A stretch of 64,000 nucleotides of DNA, taken from NCBI GenBank assembly GCA_047495785.1, contig JBLDXI010000015.1, positions 4,402,001 through 4,466,000 on the forward strand, in the 5' to 3' direction. The DNA is from Lepidodermella squamata (Eukaryota; Animalia; Gastrotricha). Position 1 is the first letter of the stretch. Every line of letters begins with the position of its first letter. Below the pieces are notes generated by a model. That model ran no database searches. It was given only the letters and a program-made list of their open reading frames with translations, and was not told the DNA's origin. Of the stretch, positions 1 to 13,263 are shown in pieces. The position numbers were made by a program, and so were the translations under genes.

Positions 1-3000
1 CTGATGCTTCGCCTTTTGGTTGTTACAGCTGAATTTAAATTAACCCTGAAGTAGTTCGGCGAAGCTACAAGGGCGTTATTTATGGGAAAATTCCGCGATT
101 TTCTTCGGTTTTTTCCGATTTTGAAAAGCGCGGTAAATACCACTCTAATTTGACGGATAATTGTTTCAAAATGTTCGAATATGACGAGAAATAAAATTTT
201 ATGTTATTTCACTCGGGGGACAGAAAAAATTAATTATTGCAAGTTTTTCAGTTTTTATAGGGGGCTGCAACCCGCGAACAGTGAAAGAAAGAAAGTTGCA
301 CCCGGCTCACCATAGTTTCGGCCGTGTTCGTGTTTCCGCCTTCGCTTTTTTCAGTTTCGCTATCGCGCATGGTGCTTGGCGCTTGTATGCTGGCCTGATA
401 CCAAGTAAGAAGTAAGAATTTCCAACTTCAGCTTGCCAATAGTAATGTTGCCAATAGTACCAAGTGTCGAGTCAACCAACTATTGATTTACTATTTCCTT
501 GCTACACTATACACATTTGTAGTGAATCCTCAAGTTAGTAACTGTGCTGTTATATAATTTTGCGGTTTGGTAGATTGCTGGCAATCGGTAGTATCGAATG
601 GTTTTGAGTATTGAGAATTGGAGCGAAGCCGCAAGTCGTAGTCCGCTGTGTAAACGTTTCTTATTTCTTAATTGGTGATGGGGCGAGGGGCGACATGTAA
701 TATTGCTCTACATATTTATTATCAACTTGTTCAAGCAATGAGAAAGGTCCCTGTTCGGATACTCATCAAAATTTTGATATTTCCCAACTGTTCTTAGTTG
801 TTGTCTGTTGTCTGTTGTCTGGATAGTTGAGTGTTGAAACCTAGGTCCTAGGTCCTATGTCCTGATGTTATTGGCAGCTGCAGAATTGTCCCATTATTCA
901 AAGCCTTGCAACGAGCCACTGTGCTCAAATTATTCAAATTATTCTGCTGTTATAAAAGGAAATCTGAAATCTGCAATATCTTGAAATTTGTTACATGATG
1001 CTTTCATCGATTATCGAAGATTCATAATTGAATAGCCCAAAGGAAGCACAGACTCTTGTTTGTATATTTAATGAACCGTTTTCGACAAGTTATAAAGTAA
1101 TATCATGTCAAGAACCTTTGATTATTGTAATTTTGACGGGATAAATGCATTGGAAGGGAAAATTTTCAACGCCTTTAGATTAACCTAACCTCGCCGATTG
1201 TTCACGGGACCAGCTGATAATTAATAATTTAATGGGAGGCAAGTCATATTTTTTGTTTCCACTCAAAATGATTCTAAGTTTTAGAAACAATATTGCGCAT
1301 TGCGCTATAGCTGCTTCCGTGCACCGTCGTTGAGTCACTAATTTGCCCAGCTGAGCAAATAGATGATTATTCAGAGCCTAAATATTTTTTATTATATCTG
1401 ATTAGGTGAATCTGTATCCATCCATTCTACTTCTAAGCCCCATACTGAGATGCCCGAGATGTTTTTTATAATCTATTGTTCGCCCTTAGACTAAGTTGTA
1501 GTATTCTTTAATTGATGCCTTTGTTACGGATGACTGTTGTTTTCTTGAAGTCAATATTACGTTCATTAAACATGCGATATGTGCTATAATATGATTATTA
1601 TTATAGCTGCTTTGTTTTCTCGTGTCGCATTCTTACCATGGTATTTTGTCTCATTGGGGTTTTGGGTTTGAGCAATGTGACATGTGGTACATTATGTATA
1701 GTGATTCTATGTTATGCAGCAACAGAACGGGGAACGTTTAACTGAATATTCTGCATTTGTTCGTTCGCTGTACGTCCGTGTTTACTCAGCGATTGTGTGT
1801 CTGGACTCGGGCCTGACACAAGTTCGCGCCGCTATGCTAACTATATTTAGCCTTAAGCACTAGATCAATTGAGAGGGCGTATGTTCGTGATTCTATAGCG
1901 TAGTATTTATTGCGGTGCAACACAGCGTATTGAAGTTCGTAACGATTTTCAGGCGCAGCCGTTTGTTTACTGCGGTTGCTTTCTTTTGTCGATTCTCTAG
2001 CATTCCGCTTCTTCTGTGGATCCGGTTTAGGCTGCAATATAATTCTATTTTCAGCTTTGCTTAAATTTCATATTTTATTCTGCTATTGCCGCAATGGTGA
2101 TAATAAGTAATAATTTAATGTATCCATTGTTTTTCCCGCGTGCCTCGCACTTTGCCAGCGACCGGTATCAAATTATTGCGAATATTTTTGCAAGAGTCAG
2201 CGTAGTAATTGACATGAGACGTAAGCTTCTCGTGTTGTTTGGCATTAATAAGACATTTCAGTTATACACCTCAACTTACCTAAGTGCTAAATAATGTTTT
2301 TCATGCAGATATATACCTAATATGGGATTTGTCGTCATCTCGATGGGCATGTTTCTAGTGTGCCGGGTGCGATACCAATGATGTTTATTTAGGATGCTTT
2401 CTGCGGTGTCAGTGTAAGGAGCGCTGATCAGTTTGCTTAAGGATAAATTTTTCCTAATTAATTATTTGTCGATATTAGCTGTATAATATGCGAATATTAT
2501 GACATGTTTACTCCCAATAATATTCATCGGCTAGCTGGCTTCGTGCTTTTTAAGTGGATTGAGAATTACTTACCCGTTGTGAGTTGGCTGCAATACAACG
2601 TCGGTGATAGCTTTTTACTCACAGGAAGAGACGTGCTATTTCCGAAATGTTTCGTGGGGCTTGTTTTTCTGCCCATACCGCAATGGCTGGTTACCAAGTG
2701 GCTATAGTTGCTTATTAGCTCGGCGGGTTGTAGTTGCTAAAAGTGCACACGCAAATTATCTAAATGATTTCCGCATTCACGCGCTTCCACGTAGGTGGGA
2801 TTTTCCACCGATGTGGGGCTATTTCTGGTGTTTTTGGTTTCATATAACTGCTTGTTTTTTTTATGCTTCCAACGCATTTGCACTTCATGCTTCTGCAATT
2901 TATAGTAGTAGAGTTGTTGTAGTAATTGCCGCAGAACGAGTGATAGTCCAAGCGGAAAACCGAGCCTTTATGTTCCTTCTAGTGTCGATCAATTTTCATC

Positions 3001-3773
3001 TTGTCTATAAATTATGGAATTCAGACTGTCGTAATTACCCATGTGCATTCATTTACGCGTTTCCGTGCTGTTTTTGTTGTGATAACTTGTTGCGATTTGG
3101 GTTTATTATATTACACTTAGTTACGGGTGGCTAACAGTAGTTCATTTTACTGAGTTATAATACAGTGAAGAGGCTGTTTTATATGCCGGCATTGCCTGCT
3201 CATGCGACATTGTTTTGTTTATTTTCATTAGCTTTTTGAAATTAATATTAATAAGAAGAGCTAATTTTATACTAGTCGATCGATCTGCTTTATCCGAAAA
3301 AATAGATGGCCAATGGCGATAATATTTTGATGAATACTTGTTTTATTCCAGTGCTGATCTTGCTACGCATGCTGCAGCTTCGATAGGGTTAGCCTTAGTG
3401 GTTTGTTTTCTGTATTTGCATTTTACGACTGCCTTATACCTCATACCGCTTATATATTTAATTTCTCGTCGATAAGTTATGCGACATTTTTCTTTGTCGG
3501 CCACTTGTTGCAGCAGCGGCCAAGCTTATTTACCTCCATTCATGTAATGCTATTATCATTACCTCGTCTATCACGTTTTAGCTGGCTTTAGGCTCGCACT
3601 ATCATTATGTTTGATGAAATTATCGTTGACCTGCAAGTTGGCTCAGTGTATGTATCGTGTACTTTTATTTTTCTGTTGTATTTATAACTTCAATCTTGTT
3701 CTACAATTATTTTTGATACTTTTGTATATATAGGGTTTTAGTGTTGAGAGTTTGGCGCCGCAGTAGTTCTTCA

Positions 3774-6700
3774 ATGGCAGCCGCTGCTCTGTTTGGCAAG
3801 CGTTCAACGCGCTTCAGACACGTCTACGGCTCGCCAGCGCAGAAGGAAAACTGTTATGATAATATACGCGTTTCCGCCAACGCCCACGATTCCATGTTTT
3901 GTGCCGTCAATCGGCACTACCTCGCCGTAGTGTTGGAATGCGCAGGCGGCGGCGGATTCACGGTTTTACCGCTTCAGCGCACTGGGCGAATCGATCATAA
4001 TGCGCCGAAAGTGTGTGGCCACTCAGCGCCGGTTATGGATATCAAGTGGAATCCATTCAACGATAACATCATCGCTTCTGCCTCAGATGATGCCACCGTT
4101 AAGCTGTGGGAGATTCCGAAAACGGGTATTCGATCAGATCTTACTAGGTGGTCGCTTGATTTACGAGCTCATTCACGGCGCGTTGCCTATATAGAATGGC
4201 ATCCCACCGCTGAAAACATTTTGTTGTCCGCCGGTTTCGACCACCAAGCGATTCTTTGGAATTGTGAAATCGGTGTTCCGGTTTTGGCCAGCCAAACTCA
4301 TCCAGATGTTATTCTTTCCCTCTCCTGGAACAGAGACGGCTCCCTTTATGCATCCACATGCAAAGATCGGACCGCTCGCGTTATTGACCCTCGCAGCGGG
4401 AAGGCGGTGCTTTCTTGGGAGCCGCATCAAGGTTCAAAAACTACGAAAGTGGCCTACCTGGGAGACACGAAACAATTGTTTACGACTGGATTTTCGCAAT
4501 TCGCTCAACGCCAATATGGCTTGTGGGACATGCGATCATTAAACCAGGGTGCAATTAAGCAGGACAATGTCGATAGTGCCTCAGGGGCGCTGTTTCCATT
4601 TTACGACCACGATACTAGGATGGTCTATTTAGCTGGGAAAGGCGATGGAAATATCCGTTATTTTGAACTTACGAACTCAGAACCATATGTTCATTTTCTG
4701 TCGGAATATCAATCGCCTCATCCACAACGAGGCCTGGGCGTAATGCCTAAATTGGGATTGGACACGGCGCGGTGTGAAATTTTCCGGTTTTATAAACTAC
4801 ATTCTAACCGGCCATACTGTGAGCCGATTTCCATGATCGCACCAAGGAAAGCAGAGACATTTCAGGAGGATTTGTATCCACCAACCGCTGCAGATAGGCC
4901 AGCTTTATCCGCTATTGAATGGATAGGCGGATCTAACCGCGACCCTATTTTGGTCAACATACGTGAGCCGAATTTAGCGGTTAACAGCCCTCCCATGGTC
5001 ACAGCACGTCCGGTTCAACTGACACGTTTACCATCGCAATCACTCACACCGCCTCAGGGACCGGCCGGTAGTAAACCGACGACGCCGATGAACAACATGC
5101 CGGCTCAGCCGGGTGAGATCGACGAAAATAGCCTACCTCAATCGGTGAGGAATATTCGCAAGTTGGTGGGATCCCAATCAGAATCACACCACCCACCGAA
5201 GGAGAACGGTCATTCTAATCAGGAACCTGTTTTCGCTCCGAATCAAATTCATATATCATCGTCAACTTCGTCCCATTATCATTCATTTAATGACGAAGTT
5301 GGTGCACTTAACGGCAATGGCCATTCAAATCCTCAACACCATAAAAATAATGAGAATGGCCAAAAGGTCGGACCGGGTCAGTCGGAGCCCAGCATGTCGA
5401 GTCGCGGTTCAGATTCTGTATTTGAGCGAAATGGTCGCAAGTCTGACCAGGAGAGACCTCCATCACCCGTGAACGGAGACCAAAACGGTCATGCTAAGCC
5501 GCCATCGGCAAAACATTCGAGTGAACACCTTTCTGGCTCGAAAATGAGTATTGCTGAACGTAACGAGATGAACAATGGAAATATCAATAACAATAATAAT
5601 AATAATAACGTTGCTGAAAGTCCCCGTGTTGAAATTGTCAAACCGATTCAGAAGCAGACCGAACAGAAAGGCATCGATTTAATGACGCTAACGAAGCAAA
5701 ATAGTTTGCCGGATGATGTGCAAAAAGAGAAGCCTAACGAAGACAATCAAGCTGCGGCTAACGGCAATCATCTTCAACTGCAACCTCACCCGCCTGCTGC
5801 ACCGCCTAATCATGTTCACCACCATAATGTGCACACCATTCGCCACGACGATGGCGGTAGCGCTTTTCAGGCGGTTGCTACTGTTTCTCCAGCCTCAAGC
5901 GAGCTGGTGGGACATCCCTCAAGTAGCGGGGCTTTCCGACCTGTTGCTTCGCAGCGGCAAGCAGCTCCTCCGGTAAGTAGATACAAAATTTAGATAGGTT
6001 ACTTTTGTCAAAACTTGATTAATTAGTAGGCATAGAAAAATGGAGAATTGGCTTTTTCACTCATACATTTCTCACGCTCAACATTGTTAATCAACGATGC
6101 ATAGTCCTAATATTTGTAAATTGAAATTGAAGTCGGCTTACTTTAATATTAAGGCATTAAAGAAAATTGAGATTAAAAATTTAGGGATATTCTTAAACAG
6201 CTTTTACTGCTAATTATTTTGATACGCGACGAACAGGCGTCTATTTACTCATGTTTTTATATCTCTGTTTATTTTCAGCTGAACTTGATGATTTCAAATG
6301 ACAAGCCTGTTAGTGCTGGATTTGTTGTTCAAACTGCCGTGCAATCACCCGTGTCGCCAGGGAATCGTCATGCGCCTCATCATCACCATCATCCTAATGA
6401 GAACGCGGTCCCACAGAGGGTAATACAAAAACTGTAAGTGGCTTTGTCATCGTCGTTACACGAACTCTCATAATAACTGTTTTCGCACTGCTTTCTACCT
6501 ATCGTAGGCCCCACTCCAATGTTGTTTTGGATACTCAACAAGCACCGGTTTCAACAGATCATAATAACGGTCATATTAGCGCTAACGATGTTCCGCTGGC
6601 GTCGCCTCAATTCAGAAGGGGCGCCGCTGGAGGTAATGCCTACTACCCGCAGTATCAGCAATATCAACCAGCTCAGAACCATCCGCCGCAGCCGCAGCCG

Positions 6701-8814
6701 AGCAGTGGCATTGTGCGATCGCCTAGTGGGCGAGTGACACGTCCAGACATTCTCGATGCACTGCAGGTCAGGGAAAATATTATTGTAAATATGAAATATC
6801 CTTTATGGCCAGCCGTTTCCGATGCATTAAGTCGCTTTCTTTTTGTGATATACTTGTATGGCTGGAGCTTTTTTCTCCTCGACGGCGCTTTTGTGTTTGC
6901 GATGGGTTAGCGATGGTCGACGAGTTTCTTCATCGCCAAGCATCGCTCTTTTTCTGCTCCTGGTCTTTTCAGGCACGCTCTAACTCTTCGCTGTTTGTTT
7001 AGCATTGCGCGATCACTCCTTTGCCGCAGCAGTTTCCATTGGGCTTTGTCTCCTTTGTATGGCTATGTTGTATTACTCGCGCGATCCGCCATATATACCA
7101 GGCGCGTTTAGAAACCTGTACCGGCCGCATCTCATATAGCGCGCGGCAATTTATTCGCAGTGGCGAGTTTGTAACTTCGCCTGGACGAAGGCTATCCGTA
7201 TCTTTCTGTAGATTTTTCACGCTAATCGTTGTGGCATGGTTGTTGTGCGTATAGACGATGAAGAATACGCGGCTTTTTACGCGCACTCCTTGCCACCTTC
7301 AACCCCGACTAATAACCTTCTAAAACAGGAGCAGTTGTCTGCTAGCAGTCGCGAACTACGTGCCAGCACGGGAACTGTCAGCAATGCAATCAGTCCGCAG
7401 ACAATGCATCCGCACAAGGGACCATCGCCTCAGGCCGCTCATCTGCAGCTAGGACCGGTCAGCTCTACTACCAGTGGCCGCAGCAGCCGAAATATGTCGC
7501 CCGCAGAGCGTCGTATTCGTAATAGAACCATTGCCAGCTCTGAAGGCCACCACGCCTTTATGGTATATCTTATAAAAAATGTCACCTTTCGTTATGGGTC
7601 GTAAATTGTCCTTTCATTTTGTCCCAAAAAAGCCTGTTGGAGATTTTGCGTCGCAGCAGCCATCCCCCGGTCTGAGCTATCCTCTCTCCCAGCGCTCTAT
7701 GGTAAGTATCACTTATCTTCATGTATTATTGTTATTATTTTCTTGGGTTGGGTTACTTATTTTTAAAGCCACCGCCCCAGCAGCAACAGTCGGCAGTTCC
7801 GATTATGTATTACCCTATCAATCAGCAGCAGCCTCTTCATTTCCCCCCTCAGCAGGGTCAACGGCGGTTGCCACCGCCTATTCCTGCCCACGCGGTTAGT
7901 AAGGCACCCTCTGGTGCTCCTCCTCTGGTATCTCCTCGCACTCACAATGTAGCGGTTGTAGATGTTCGCGATGACATGGCGCCGTCTATAATGCGGCCCA
8001 GTCAGCCTTTAACCTCTCCCTCCGGTTTAAATCGCAGTCAGACGATGTATATCCCGGTTGATCATAACAAAGTGGGAGTAGGGGAGTATAACCCGAAAAT
8101 GATGACTGCACCTGCGAAAAGCGCATACCCAGGAAACCCCGCGAATGTTGCTGTTGTTCAGCAATTTAACCCCTCGGTGACGGTGGGCCGTGACGATAAC
8201 AGGCATCGCCCCAAGGACCATAAGGCTAAAAGGGACCTATCAGCTGCACCCGCTGTAGCTCGTCATCGTGACCAGTCTCCATCGCAACCGCCTCAATATT
8301 ATCAGCAGCAGCAACAACAGCCACACCAGTCGCGCTCGCACCATAAGGTAGCGCATGTCTGCGGTTACAGAGTGCTTCCCCATTAAATGCCTCGATTTTA
8401 CGGCCACTTCATTTCTTCAACTAAAATCTTGCGTGATGTGTTCACTTCCGGCGAATGCCAATAACACTACTATTCCAATACCTTACTAACATTTACGAGT
8501 TGAATTTTCCTAATTTTCAATTTTTCTGATTTTCTTAGTCTGGCGACGATACGTTGGATGCGATGAGTGAAAATGAGGTAAATTAAACATGCTATTCAGA
8601 AAAGTTGACGCCTTACTTTTTATTTATTTAGCTTCGCTCTCAATGCCGCCGCCAGCGCGATGAGATCAGGCTATTGCGCCGCCAGTGCGAAGCTAAAGAT
8701 CAAGTCATTTCTCGTTTGGAAACTGAGCTTCGCCATTTGGTTCACCAAATGCAGCAACGATATGGCGTAATCGGAGGCGCCGGAGCCCAGGCTCTGGCCG
8801 CGGTAGTACCATGA
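3774..8814 (+). CDS. Coronin (WD40 actin-binding protein) with a very long unique region and C-terminal coiled coil; about 9 coding exons
   Basis: ATG 3774; coronin hallmarks STRFRHVYG, GGGGFTVLPL, VCGHSAPVMDIKWNPFND, YLAGKGDGNIRYFE, FQEDLYPPT. Spliced low-complexity exons (e.g. 6279-6434, 6508-6766, 7255-7562, 7769-8347) lead to a last exon LRSQCRRQRDEIRLLRRQCEAKDQVISRLETEL...VVP* (TGA 8812-8814). Confidence 0.92.
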
Positions 8815-10588
8815 AAAACTTGAATATCTTCCACAATCGACCTGCTATCACCTCTCGTGTCTGCCTATCCTATGCATTGAGATCACCGAATTCTTCATGA
8901 TTCGCAGACGCTTTCTTCGTTCTTTCCTCAGCTTACGAAGTAGTTATTCAATGAAATTACGTATTCTCAATGGGCGCTGCTTGATAAAATTTTGCTGCAA
9001 TGTATCAAGTGCCCTTTCATCTTTATTTCTTAGTTTCTATGGAACAACAGCTATTTCGGCCCAACTACCGTATCTGAAAGGTGCTTCGTCGTATGATCGG
9101 CATTTTCCATATCAAAACTTACAACCGAATCATTGCCTTGCTTATTCTGTCGTTGATCGGGATGTGAAAAAACTCGCTTCGAAGGCGTCATGGGTCTGTC
9201 TTCTGGATTGTGCATCTTGTATATAAAAATTTATCGTCTTCAGTAGATCGTGCATTATAAATCTGATAGAGCGTATATTTCATACTTATGTATGCATAAT
9301 AACAATTGGTGTATTTTCCCCAAGAATCTACCCTTTTTTACGTTCGATTTTATGGAAAATGTTTTATTTGTTTCACTGATAAAAGTGAACACAGTTTGTG
9401 CCTCCGTCTGATGGGTTACATTGTTGTCGATTCCTTTCGTATTGTCTTGTTGCTGCGATTGAACGCTTGGATGAAACGGCTGACTGATGGAGGAAATCCC
9501 AAGGAAAAATTTTCAATAAAAATGGCCGGCGTTGAAGTGAAGAATTTTTGACATTTTACGGCGTATCATTTCATTTTTATCATTGAATCGAATGAGTTAG
9601 TTGCTATGTTTTCGGCAAAAAGACGAAACGTGAAGAAACCCAATTACCATACTGCCCGAATTAAAAGCCGTGTCATTTATTATCTCAAATGCTGCTGGGT
9701 GACCCAGCGACTATAGTTTACAGGTTCACTGAGAAACTTTCAGAAAATCAAAATATCCTGTCTTTGACGCTGACCATTATTTTCGGGCAGTTTGTACGGT
9801 AGTGAGGTAAGTGTTACCACAGCGAGACAAATACGCGTAAGAAAATTGCAAAATATCTTTAAACTTAGCGCGAATGTGGATGGTGATAATTTTGAATTCA
9901 TGTCAGAAACTGTTCATCTTTCGTGAGCGATCGCCGCATTTACTGTGGGAAGTTTGGCGAAGTTGTTGCCCACGTTGCAGTCAACAGTGAAAATAGATGA
10001 TATGACAGAAACCTCACTGATAACCGAATCTCGCAGTGGCATAGAGTGGCAGTTGATGGAAGGTTTGCCATTTTAGCGTTCACTAATGTAAGTAAGCAAG
10101 CACTAATTATGCTAACTTATCATTCAAATATTTGAAATTTCAAGAATTATTACTAATGGGATGAGATAAAACCTTCAGTGGTTTTAACATCGTGTAAGAA
10201 TTGCTGTCGGCGAACCTTGGCGTGTACTGTGTACCTCTCATTCCTAACTTGGGTTGTTTGATAATAGATAAATTTCTTCGAATATCTACTTTTCTTTTGC
10301 CCGTCAGATGCACCTTTGCTATACATCCTCATTGGCCCTCTCCAAAGAGCCCGGAGACAGCGAGTGACGTGCGCGGTCATTGATTATGGCGAGTTCAGGC
10401 CAAGTTTTGCCGAAGAAGGTGGGTGGTCCGGCAATTTCGCATTTCGACTCTTGCGCGCCATAAATCAAACAATTCTTAACGGGCAGTTCCTATTACTGTC
10501 TAAATGTCAGCGCGGGATAACGCGTTTGAACTGGTGGATCTTCGCCCGTCGAAACAGCCATAGCACAAACACCGAACACGACAAAATA

Positions 10589-11081
10589 CAGTGAAAGTTG
10601 TTTAAACCGGACCGGTCTAAACCGGACTTTCTCTAAACCGGACGATTTCGGGTGGCTCGATCCGAAAGTGTGGACTTTACATTATAATTTTATTGTCTAA
10701 ACCGGACTCTCTAAACCGGACTGGTGTATAAACCGGACGGATTTGGGGCTCGAAGTCCGGTTTATGCAATAAAAAGTCAAATTTTCTATATAATTTTGAA
10801 AAAAGTGCCAGCCCCTGCCTGACAAGAGTAGCCTCAAAATTTCGAAAAAAATTTAACTTCAAAATTATTGCGAATATAGCTGAATATGCTGATTATTTAT
10901 ATTAAAATTGTCGATTCCGTACTCAAAAACTATTACTTAGCTTCTAATACTTAAAAATTCTATGAATTTCACGTGGTATTTCCTATAACGGACTCTGTCC
11001 GGTTTAAAATAATTCGGACTTTCTCTAAACCGGACGATTTTGCCTGGCACGACCTTAGTCCGGTTTAGACAACTTTCACTG
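10589..11081. mobile_element. Tc1/mariner-superfamily (pogo/Tigger-like) MITE, about 493 bp
   Basis: TIRs CAGTGAAAGTTGTTTAAACCGGAC / GTCCGGTTTAGACAACTTTCACTG flanked by TA on both sides (10587-88, 11082-83); many internal TAAACCGGAC copies; no transposase. Confidence 0.9.
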
Positions 11082-12287
11082 TATCCGTCAACTCCTAATC
11101 AAACTGCTATACACTGTGCTACGAGGCAATCTCTGCTGTCTCGCAAACTCAGTGGTCAGTAAAAATATGTGACAGAAACGCCGCCTAAGTGGCTTAGCCC
11201 AGATCATGAATTCAATGCTTTCGTTTTTTCGACGCAATGCACGCAAACATGCTAAAAGCTGAACGAGGATAACCTTGAAAAAGCCAGTTGATTATCAATC
11301 GTTGTCAATATGACCGGTTTTATTTACACTTCTGTTAATCAAGAACACAAAAATGGCCAGAGCGACACGACAGAAAAAAACAGAACGCGTCATATCTGGC
11401 AGTAGTAACACATAATTTGTCAACCAGTGCTACTCATTTCAATAATAACCGAAGTAATTTTGCGCCGACAAAAAACATGTGACAAATGATTGACGACGCT
11501 GGAAAATTTAGTAGAATAGGAATTACAAAGGTCCATGAAGAATTCGTTATACTAGAATGGTCGTGTAACATTCCGACACGTTCTCGCAACTTTTTAGACC
11601 GACGGTGACTGAATTTTACTAGTTTGACTAGGTCATCAATGAAAAGCTAGTCGACCGAGGCCACCGGAGCTATTGGCTATGTTACGAGAATCCGAATAGT
11701 GGCGATCAATATTATGGCGTTAAAATTGTTCAAAAGTAGAAGGCAATAAACACGCAAATACACAGTTGATGATAATGCGCTATTTAAAAAAGAGCCGTCC
11801 GATGTAATCGTTAAAAACGAATGAAGACATGTGACGGAGTAAGACGATGATCGAGACACTGAGCTAACGCATATCTGGCCTAAATATTTTTCAAAATCTT
11901 GCTTCAACTAATACAAAATCAACCACGTTAAATTTTGAAATCATCTGTCATAGGCAATCAAGCAAGCAAAGAAAAATACATTACGACGCACAATCGACAA
12001 GAAGTTCAACCGTTTGATCATCATGGTTTAACGTCGAAATGTTACACGGAATAAGCTTCTCAAATTCATCATCTGCTCTAGGCTATCGTTGCGAGTCAGA
12101 ATAAAAACTGCCTCGTTGTGAGGTTACAGAAAAAAAGAGATAATTTCAATCTTACAAAAGTAGTACGCGTATTCTCATTCACGATCGAAACACTACGAAA
12201 ACAAAACTATACACGTGCAACAGTTGCAGACAATGGGTTCAGTATGTGCGCGAATACGAAAACCTAGTCAGACAACCATGGCAGCGA

Positions 12288-13263
<976 letters not shown>

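Noticed and set aside
2504-3134. ORFs of 67 and 176 aa upstream of coronin
   Set aside because: No motifs and intron-like composition; probably within the coronin 5' intron.
9690-10090. Exon-like stretches ending in GTAAGT donors
   Set aside because: Frames are interrupted by stops with no recognisable protein; a decayed gene cannot be supported.
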